DNA of 64,000 nt from Gekko japonicus (taxonomy: Eukaryota): the NCBI RefSeq assembly GCF_001447785.1, contig NW_015167086.1:62001-126000 (forward strand), written 5' to 3'. Positions 23,363 to 64,000 of this stretch are shown here, piece after piece. A program made the position numbers and the translations under genes. Every line of letters starts with the position of its first letter. Position 1 is the stretch's first letter. Below the pieces are notes generated by a model. The model searched no databases, was not told the origin of the DNA, and worked only from the letters and a program-made list of their open reading frames with translations.

Positions 23363-24799
23363 TTTGGTGGCCAACAACCTATCAGTATTGGGGACGGATC
23401 TGTACCAAGGATGGTGGACGGGGTATTTCTAACAGTCTTTTTAAAATGCCGTTCTGGAACAAGGAAATTCCAAATGGTATGGCTATCTGGGTTGTTACAA
23501 CCAAGTAACAGTTGGTATTAAGGCATAGAAGTGGGCAAACATGGACTACAAAACTTGTGTTTAGAAGTCAAGAAAGGGAGGCAGCTGGGTGTGGAGACGG
23601 CAAACAACCAAGTGGTCTTTGCCCCACCCACTTCCTGTCTGGCATTCAGAACTCAAAACAGGATTGGACAAGTGGGCACGAAGGAGAGGGTGGGACTGAA
23701 TGGATAAGCAGAGGCAGGTTGAATGTTAGAAAATGGACTGGTATCTTGACATACTTTTTAAAAAAAATGATCATTCACTGTAAATGAATGTTAACCATTC
23801 CTCACAGCATGGCATTCTGAAGTAGGGAGGGGGCAAAGAGAGTAATTTAGAGAAGGCTTTTAAAAAAAATGTCAGCATGCACAGCAGTCACAACAACTGG
23901 AAATACTGACATTCAGGACTTTGAGGACTCTCGGACAAGACAGTGCATTCAACCAATGGCGGGAACAGCTCAGATTCCTCTGTGCCAATGACTCAAGCCC
24001 AGCCCCTGGCGAACAGAACAGTGTTCTGGAGGTGTAGGGGCAAATAGGCCAATAGGCAGTGGCAAGCTTGGTCATGACTAAAACCAGGTCATGTGGTGCT
24101 ATCATCTGAAGGTGGTACTCAGTTTCTTCGAACAACCTCACCCCATCCTTCTGCTGGGATCAGAGCCCTGTCAGCCACCCCTCCACGCGTGCGACTCTCG
24201 TTCTGCTGAAAACACACAACCACGCTGGAAAGGTCAGATCCAAGGGGCAGTGTTTCTTAAACGCCTATCCGGGAATCCCCCCACCTATGAAACATACGTG
24301 TCTTGTGGAAAACTTGTGTTCGATGGCTTGTGGGAAAAGGGTGTGAGAGCGGACGCAGACTGTGAGGACGGAGGAGCGATGAATGTATGAGAGGAGAGAG
24401 TTGTGACTGTAGGAGCACCAGGGGTTAGTCAAAATGTGGGGGGCAGAGTGTGGACCGAGCAAGAAGCATGAGTGAGCGGATGAAGGAAGTGCAGAGGGGA
24501 AGGCACAAAGAAAACGGTGTGTTTCTTCCCTCTTTCCTTCCTTACTAATTTATCTTGTTACCTGTGCACAGTTTTTATTATCTTCCCCCCCCCTTCTTTT
24601 GCACTGTGGGAACAGCCGTGCCTACAGCCCGGGAACAAGTCAGCGAGAGAATGACTGGGCATGGCAGACATCTCGTCCTCTTACAGAGGCAGAATGGAGC
24701 CTTGCCCGGATCAGTGTACGTGAGGGGAGGGCTGAAGCAGCTGTGTCCAGCCATTTCCATCAGTGTTTTTTTATATATATTATTATTATTAATAATAAC

Positions 24800-24805
24800 A
24801 ATAAA
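24800..24805 (+). terminator. Candidate ancestral PPP1R18 polyadenylation signal
   Basis: AATAAA after an AU-rich tract, at the end of the unique sequence that continues from repeat copy A'. Confidence 0.5.
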
Positions 24806-25149
24806 TCAGAATGATGTTGCACGCTGATTCACCTTGTCTGCTGTGTTGTATCAGCCATGATAGCCAAACAGACTTCCATGAGCAGAGACAATATGCCTTT
24901 GAATGTAAGATGCTAGGAGGAAACAACAGAAGATTGTTGCCTTCAGCAGTTCACCTGTGCAGCTCCGAGAGGCGTCTGTACTCACTGCCGGGAACTAAAT
25001 ACGTTAACTTTGGTGTGCCTGAGGAGTGCTTTTATCTTTATTCATTGTCTTTACAGCACTCTGCCAAGGGGGAAGAGCAACCTCTCTTGAGTTGTGAAAC
25101 CACAGAAGGGCCAAAAGGCCATATCCTGCTTCAACACTCAAAGACTGTG

Positions 25150-27240
25150 CACTGGAACAGTTGGTCACAGAACCAACGAGAGGGGTGGTAATCCTGGACT
25201 TGGTTATGAGCCAGGCTCAAGACCTGCTGAGAGATGCAGACGTTGCTGCACCAGTTAGAAACAGTGACCACAATGCTATTTAATCAATGGAAAATTACCC
25301 CCTGAAGTCCAAAACTGTGACTTTTTATTTCAAAAGAGGGAACCTTACAAAAATGAGGGAAATAGTTAAAAGGAAGCTGAAAGGGAAACACAAGAGAGTC
25401 AAATCCCTAGAGGATGCCTGGAAGCTACTTAAAACTACACTAATTGAGGCCCAGATAGAATGCATTTCACAGGCTAGGAAAGCCACTGCCAAGTCTAAAG
25501 AATGCCAGCATGGTTAACAACAGAAGTCAAGGAAGCTATGAAAAGTAAAGAGGCTTCTTTTAAAAAGTGAAAGGTCTGCCCCAGTAAATTGAATGAAACG
25601 GACCACAGGCTCTGGCAAAAGAAATGTCAGTCGATAATCAGGCATGCAAACAGTGAATTTGAGAAGCAGGTTGCTAGAAGCATCAAGAAAAACAGTAAAC
25701 ATTCATTTAAATATATCTGGAGCAGGAAACCAGCCAGAGAAGCAATGAGCAAAGAATAAAGGGACTGCTAAAGGATGACAGGGAGATGGCAGAGATGCTC
25801 AATTAATTCTTTGCTTCTGTATTCACTGTGAAAAGTGTGGGGCTTGTACCCATGCCACAGCCACTATTTTCAGGAAGGGAGTCTAACCCAGTACTGAGTC
25901 AAAAAGTCCTGCCTCACCAGCCTTTTGGAGTTCTTTGAGAAACTGAACAAGCATGTAGAAAATGTTGACCAAGTAGACATTATATACTTCGACTTTCAAA
26001 AGGCTTTTGATAAGGTATCTCACCAAAGAGGACAGGTTCTCTTAAGGATTAAAAACTGGGAAAGAAGACGGGTTCCCTTAAGGATTAAAAATGGGTTAGA
26101 TGATTGGAAGCAAAGAGAAGGGGGGAAATGAGCAGTTCTCACAGTGCAGGGAAGTAAGCAGTGAGGTCCCACAAGAATCAGTATTTTATTTATTAATGAT
26201 CTTTATGAATGATCCTTATTTAGGGGTGAGTAGTCAAATGGCCAGATTTGCAGATGACACAAAGTTATTCAGGATGTTGAAAACCAAGGATGACTCCACA
26301 AACTGGGTGAGTGGGCAGCAATGTGGCAAAAGTGCAATGGTGGTAGATGTAAGGTGATGCAAATTGGAACAAAAAATCCCAGCTTCTGGTAAAGGCTAAT
26401 GAAGTCTAAACTTGCTGAGACTGAGAGGAAAAAAGAACTTGGGGTTGTAGTAGATAGCATAATGAAAGTGTCAATCTAATGTGCTGCAGCAGTGAAAAGG
26501 GCAAACTCTATATTGGGTATTATTAAGAAAGGGACTGAAAACAAAATGGCCAATGTTATGATGCCCCTGTATAGATCTATAGTGCAGCCTCCTTTGGAGT
26601 ACTGTGTGCAGTTCTGGTCACTGTATTTCAAAAAGGACATTGCAGAGCTGAAAAAAGTACAGAAGAGGGCAATCAGAATGATTAAAGGATTAGAGCACCT
26701 TCCCTATGAGGAAAGGCTGAAGAATCTGGGACTCTTGAATTTAAAAAAGAGACAACACAGGGTGTGTGTGTCATAGGATAGAGGTTTATAAAATTATGCA
26801 CAGGGTGGAGAGAGCTAACAGAACTTTTTCTCCCTCTCCCAAAATACTAGAAGTCAAGGGCAGTGAATGAAGCTGATGGGGAGTAGATTCAGGATCGACA
26901 AAAGGAAATAATTCTTTACAAAGCAAATGATTAAAATGTGGAATTCGCTGCCAGAGATGTAGCGATGGGCACAGGCATAGACAGCTTTAAAGGGGGATTA
27001 GACAGACTCATGGAGGATACATCTATTAGTTACTACTAGCCATGGTGACTAAAGGAAAACTCAGCGTTCACAGACAGTAAACCTTTGAATCCCAGAGCCA
27101 GGAAGCAACATCAGCACAAGCCTCATCCTCTATGCTGTATTGCTGGACCTCCAGAGAAACAGGTTGGCCACTGTGTGAGACAGGATGCTGGATGAGAAGG
27201 ACCACTGGTCTGATCCAGCAGGGCTCTTATGTTATGCTCT
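25150..27240 (+). mobile_element. Degraded CR1 LINE (ORF2 and 3' end)
   Basis: Fragmented RT motifs DFQKAFD, FADDTKLF and LEYCVQFWS; CR1-type 3' tail. Confidence 0.88.
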
Positions 27241-27439
27241 TATGCTAACACAACAGTGTTCACCTCTCAGTCCCCCACAAATTAAGTCATGCAGTCTTCA
27301 ACCATAGTTTGCCACAAGAAGAGAACAAATGTTCAACAGAACATCAGGGAGGGGCCCTGGCTCAGTGGCAGAGCACCTGCTTCAGATGCAAAAGGTCCCA
27401 GGTTCAGTCCCCAGTTCCTGCAGTTAGAGGATGCCAAAT

Positions 27440-29630
27440 GCTTTCCTGATAGGCTCCTGTGCCTTCTGTGTCCCTTGTGGAAAGTGGGGGACATGTATGC
27501 ATGCCACAGACCCTATTTTCAGGAAGGGAGTCTGAAGAACTGAGCCAAATTGAGGTGACCAGTGATGAAATTCTAAACCTACTGGGTATATTAAAAACTG
27601 ATAAGTCTCCAGGTCTTGATGGCATACACTGAGAGTACTTAGGGAACTCAGTTGTGAGATAGTTGATCTACTAACCCATATAGGTAACCTATCACTAAAT
27701 TCAGCCGCTGTACCAGAAGACTGGAGAGTAGCAAATGTGCCACCAATTTTTCGAAAGGGATCCAGAGGCGAACCAGGAAATTACAGGCCAGTCAGCCTAT
27801 CACCAGTCCCAGGCAAATTAGTATAAACTGTAATCAAAAATAGAATTGTTAGGCACATAGAGGAACAAAGCCTGCTGAGGAAAAAATCAACATAGCTTCT
27901 GCAAAGGTCCTGCCTCACCAACCTTTTGAAGTTCCCCGAGAAACTGAACAGGCAGTGACCCAGTAGATATTATATACTTGAACTTTCAAAAGGCATTTGA
28001 CACGGTACCTCACCAAAGATTCCTGAGTAAACTTAGCAGTCATGGGATAAGAGGATGGGTTCTCCTATGGATTAAAAACTGGTTAAATGATGGGAAGCAA
28101 AGAGTAGGAATCAACGGACACTTCTCACAATGGAAGGAAGTAAGCTGTGGGGTCTCACAAGGATCGGTACTGGGGCCAGTACTATTTAATGTATTCATCA
28201 GTCATTTGGAACTAGGGCTAAGTAGTATAGTGGCCAAGTTCGTAAATGACACAAAATTATTCAGGATCATGAAAACCAAGGCTGGCTGTGAAGAACTCCA
28301 AAAGGACCTCCACAACCTGGGTGAGTGGGCTACTATGTGGCAAATGAAGTTCATTGTTGGTAAGTGTAAGGTGATGCACATTGGGACAAAAAATCCCAAC
28401 TTCAAGTATAGGCTAATGGGATCTGAACTTGCTGAGACAGGGGAAAGGATTTGAGGGGGTCGTAGTGGATAGCTCAATGAAACATAAGAACATAAGAGAC
28501 ACCAATGTTGGATCAAGCCAAAGGCCCATCCAGTCCAACACTCTGTGTCACACAGTGGTCAGAAATACCAGGTGCCATCAGGAGGTCCACCAGTGGGGCC
28601 AGGACATTAGAAGCCCTCCCACTGTTGACCCCCCCCCCAAGCACCAAGATGACAGAGCATCACTTGCCCCAGAGCCCCTATCTATACCTTGTGGCTAATA
28701 GCCACTGATGGACCTCTGCTCCATATGCTTATCTAATTCCCTTTTGAAGCCGTCCATGCTTGTAGCCGCCACCACTTCCTGTGGCAGTGAATTCCATGTG
28801 TTAATCACTCTTTGGGTGAAGAAGTACTTCCTTTTATCCGTTCTAACCCGACCACTCAGCAATTTAATTGAGTGCCCACAAAAGTGTCAACCCAGTGTGC
28901 TGTATCGATGAAAAAGGCAAACTCTATGTTAGGGATTAGGAAAGGGATTGAGAATAAAACGGATGATATCGTAATGCCCCTGTATAGATCTATGGTGTGG
29001 CCTCATTTGCAATACTGTGTACAGTTCTGGTCACCATATCTCCAAAAGGAACAAAGGACATTGCAAAGCTGGAACAAGTACAGAGGAGGGCAACCAAAAT
29101 TATTAGGGGGTTGGAGAACAAGTATCTGGGACTTTACAGTTTAGAAGAGACAACTAAAGGAGGACATGATAGAAGTTTATAAAATTATTCTTGGAATGGA
29201 AAGAGTTGGCAAAAAGAATTTTTTCTCCCTCTCCCAAAATACTAGAACTTAAGGGCATTAAATGAAACTGACAGGCAGTAGGTTCAGGATGGGAAAAAGG
29301 AAATACTACTTTACACAGAGAGTGATTAAAATGTGGAATTTGCTGCCAGAGGATGTAGTGATGGCCACAGGAATAAAAAGCTTAAAGGGGGATGTAATAG
29401 ATTAATGGAGGATAAATCTATCAATGACTACTAGCCATGGTGACTGAGGAGAACCTCCACATTCAGAGGTACTAAGCCAGAGCCAGAAGGCAACATCAGG
29501 AGAAGGCCTTGACCTCTATGCCCTGTCGTTGGCTGTCCAGAGGAACTGGTTGGCCACTGTGTGAGACAGGATGCTGGACTAGATGGACCACTGGTCTGAT
29601 CCAGCAAGTCTCTTCTTATGTTCTTATGAA
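27440..29630 (+). mobile_element. Degraded CR1 LINE with nested inverted CR1 3' end (~28481-28880)
   Basis: NYRPVSL-like and FQKAFD...GVSQGSVLGPVLFNVFI motifs; the nested piece is nearly identical to 32570-32952 in reverse. Confidence 0.88.
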
Positions 29631-30154
29631 TAACCAAATGCTGTTCCAGCCATCAAATAGCTTGGAAAAAAGCACCATATTAATAGTTGTTAAAGGCACA
29701 GGAGCGTGTCAGAAAAACAGCTGAGCACCTCTTACTGGCTCCGTTTAGAAGCTGTGTTGGATTTACTGCCTTTAGTTTTGGGAGTTTGATGGCTACATAA
29801 TGGCTAGAAATACAAACAGCAAACTTTTCCCACCATGGAGAGGCAATGATGAGGGAAACGCTTCTTTTGTACTTCTTTACACTATGTGAGGATTATATTT
29901 GTACAGATGGGCCCATTTCAGTTAATGTACCTTGATCAAGCAAGCATCTAGCTTTGTATGGAGAATTGACTTAATTGTGAAAATTTCTCATACAGACCTT
30001 TTCTTCTGCATTAAGGGGGAATAGTAATCTGCCTTGGAAGTTCCTGGGAAGGCTGACAAAATCATAAATCCCTAAAGAAAAGGGCTTTGGTAGGCCTGGG
30101 TTGCAGGTAACCACATTGGCCCAAAGCAAAATCCAAACATACACCATATACATA

Positions 30155-30377
30155 AATCCAGATGGTCAGCCGTATTGGTCTTTAGCAGTGGAATAAATTT
30201 AGAGTCCAGTGACACCTTTAAGAGCAACAAAGGTTTATTCAAGGTATAAGCTTTCGTGTGCAAGGCACACTTTTTCAAATACCATTCCAATGTATTTGAA
30301 AAAGTGTGCCTTGCACACCAAAGCTCATACCTTGAATAAACCTTTGTTAGTCTTAAAGGTGCCACTAGACTCTAAAT
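30155..30377. mobile_element. Inverted pair of Penelope-like element termini (palindrome)
   Basis: ~92-bp arms centred at 30287/30288; same family as fragments at ~1980-2405, 14020-14150, 17590-17705 and 31575-31710. Confidence 0.75.
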
Positions 30378-30859
30378 CCGTTCTACCATATACATAAGAC
30401 AGTGTGCAACCTTTCCAGTTTTGGACGATACACGTGGTAGTGCGGGAAAGCTAGAGTCACATGCGAACTTACTTCAGAGTAAATCCCACTGAATAAAACT
30501 CGTTACTCCCAGTAAATATGCAGCGATGCAGACTGTGTCCGCTTCTTCCTGCTAATACAAACCAAATATTTTAGTGCCACCCACAGCAAGAGAGGCACAT
30601 ACAACTATCACGATAGGTATTTCTGTATTTATAATGAAAAATTGCGGCTCTGTCCTGACGATTACAATGCATAGCCACAGCCAGACCGGCAGGCTCAGAT
30701 TATTTAAACACGTACCGTGGAAGAGTCAAAACTCCACACACCCGCCTTTCCAGTACTGAAGAGTCTAAAGTCAAGCCGGCTGTCCACTCTACTTCTTATA
30801 CAAAACACGCAGGATCTTTCGCCACACCAAGGCATAAAGCATGCATACAAGAAAGTAGC

Positions 30860-31122
30860 CAAGGACCTCCCCTTACCGCCGGAAACTCAAGCTACGTGAC
30901 ACTCTAGCCTTTCACTTCTCTATCGTAAACCTATCTCGCGCCTTATGCCTGTGAGATAAGAATCCGAAACCCGTCCTTTCCCTGTGTCTATGGTTGGTCT
31001 CCAACACCGGAACTTATTCTTTCCGTGAGCTCTGATTGGCTAGGAGAATCACGAACACGAAAGAGCAGCTGCAACGGCGACCGGAAGAAGCCGTTTGGGG
31101 GGCGATTTTGTCCCCCTCAACC
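30860..31122. promoter_or_regulatory. DHX16 CpG-rich housekeeping promoter, possibly bidirectional
   Basis: Several ETS CCGGAA sites (~30879, ~31007, 31081), a CCAAT box as ATTGG at 31035-31039 and TCTCGCG at 30934, directly upstream of the Kozak-context ATG (accATGG). Confidence 0.75.
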
Positions 31123-62687
<31,565 letters not shown>

Positions 62688-62799
62688 AACAGGAACCTAC
62701 AACCACACTTCCCATTTACCCTGTGTTGCAATGATTCATCCACCCAGGGACTACTAATTTTTGATACTGCTGTATAGTTTTCTCTTGTCACAGGCAGAG

Positions 62800-62805
62800 A
62801 ATAAA
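62800..62805 (+). terminator. DHX16 polyadenylation signal
   Basis: AATAAA about 110 nt after the stop, followed by a GT/T-rich downstream element. Confidence 0.75.
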
Positions 62806-63306
62806 CATCTTGGTGTTTGTTTTTTTACAGTCTTGGGTCCCTTGCTTTTCTTCCTGGTCAAAAATCTGACAGTCCGGGGGGAGGGGGGGAGACTCTCTTT
62901 GAACTGTTCCATCCCTCTGGAATTTGTTTGGCTTTCCTTGGGTAGTTTGAGACATGGTGTTTCCAGCTCTAGCCAATGTCTGTCAGGGCTCTCTGATGCC
63001 CGAGTCAAAGTCAGTGTTGTGAGAGTCTATTGTAGGGTGTTATGGAACAATACCTAAGACACAAACCTGTGTGCCAGGGGCAACTGCCCTGCACTCTTGG
63101 TTTAACATAGTTCTCTTGGAGAGCAGCTCCCACACTGTTGGCAGGCTGGGGTTAGTTGCCGCCAAGTTGTAGTTGACTTTGAGACCTTATAACATTTTCA
63201 AGGCAAGAGATAAGCAGAGGCAGTATGGACCATTTAATAAAATAGGGTGGTTCCAGGTATACCACCGCAGTCCCAGTTGGGGGGGGGGGCTCTTCTTGTC
63301 ACCGAC

Positions 63307-63403
63307 NNNNNNNNNNNNNNNNNNNNNNNNNNNNNNNNNNNNNNNNNNNNNNNNNNNNNNNNNNNNNNNNNNNNNNNNNNNNNNNNNNNNNNNNNNNNNN
63401 NNN
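63307..63403. other. Assembly gap
   Basis: Run of N. Confidence 0.99.
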
Positions 63404-63888
63404 ACGACACCAAACAATGCACACAGGACAATCCCTCCTGTTCTTGGCAAAAAAAAAACACAAAACCTGCCAATACTTGGGGCACTACTGCATATTACAC
63501 CTTCTTTACAGAAGCAGTTGCCACTTCAAAGGATTGTTTGCACTGCCCCCAAAGGGCAAAAGGTTTGGCCAGACAGGGACTCGGCTGTTTGCTCAGCACT
63601 AGTTCAAAGTTCACCGTTCTCCTTGTGAAGCCTGCGGCCTGATCTCTGCTCTTGACGGAGCCATTCCAACCAGCCAGACTCTCTTTAACATAAACCTTTA
63701 TTATATACAGATTAAATTACAATCATCTTTACAGCACTTGCTGGGTGGGATTTAACAGCAGCAACAAGAGGCCAGGCCCACCCTCCCTGTGCAGAGGCAA
63801 CACGGATGCACAATGAGCCGCTAGCGACAAGCCTCACCCTGCGGTGGGGCAGGCGCACTAAAAAGGAACACGAGACGCACGCTCGGCC

Positions 63889-64000
63889 TCAGCTGTTCTG
63901 GCAGTCTACCGGAAGGCCCTGCTGCTTGCCAGCCAGAGCCATGAAGAAGAGCTGCAGGGAGGGTCTCTGGTCAGAGAGCCCCAGGCCCAGCAAGGAGGCG
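63889..64000 (-). CDS. C6orf136: C6orf136 homolog, end of last coding exon (partial)
   Basis: - frame reads ASLLGLGLSDQRPSLQLFFMALAGKQQGLPVDCQNS*, resembling the C6orf136 C-terminus (..ALGLSE.P.L.L). Convergent with DHX16 as in the human MHC; AATAAA on - at 63697-63702. Confidence 0.65.
   Translation of the reverse strand, partial: ASLLGLGLSDQRPSLQLFFMALAGKQQGLPVDCQNS

Noticed and set aside
27352-27425. tRNA-like sequences (also SINE heads at 8255, 47612, 53368)
   Set aside because: They continue into shared SINE bodies and lack a clean cloverleaf; not tRNA genes.
27978-28454. Reverse transcriptase ORF as an active element
   Set aside because: CR1 fragment with the catalytic motif mutated (FVNDTK), surrounding frameshifts and a nested insertion.

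Overview
Vertebrate genomic DNA from a squamate reptile (Sauria SINEs, BovB/RTE, CR1 and Penelope remnants; probably a lizard). It covers the conserved MHC-linked block PPP1R18 - DHX16 - C6orf136. On + are the last two coding exons of PPP1R18/phostensin (15638-15845, 19324-19343; bases 1-15637 are its TE-rich intron) and the complete 20-exon DHX16 gene (31123-62687, 1056 aa). On - is the 3' end of C6orf136. The main surprise is an intact, intronless RIOX1/NO66 ORF (606 aa, - strand) with retrocopy hallmarks. It is inserted antisense in the PPP1R18 3' UTR between two copies of a ~1.05-kb direct repeat that duplicates the PPP1R18 terminal exon, and only the upstream exon copy is intact. A candidate splice acceptor just upstream of the RIOX1 ATG and a candidate donor in the DHX16 promoter suggest the retrogene uses DHX16's promoter bidirectionally (inference). 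Other notable items: a 1.17-kb near-perfect palindromic hAT-like element that appears to be part of a composite transposon carrying ~1.4 kb of genomic cargo into a Sauria SINE; a full-length ORF1-only L1 (HAL1-like) with a 16-bp TSD; Penelope-derived hammerhead ribozyme motifs; and clusters of young CpG-rich MITEs. TE family names come from recalled features, not database searches, and TE coordinates without a stated TSD are approximate.
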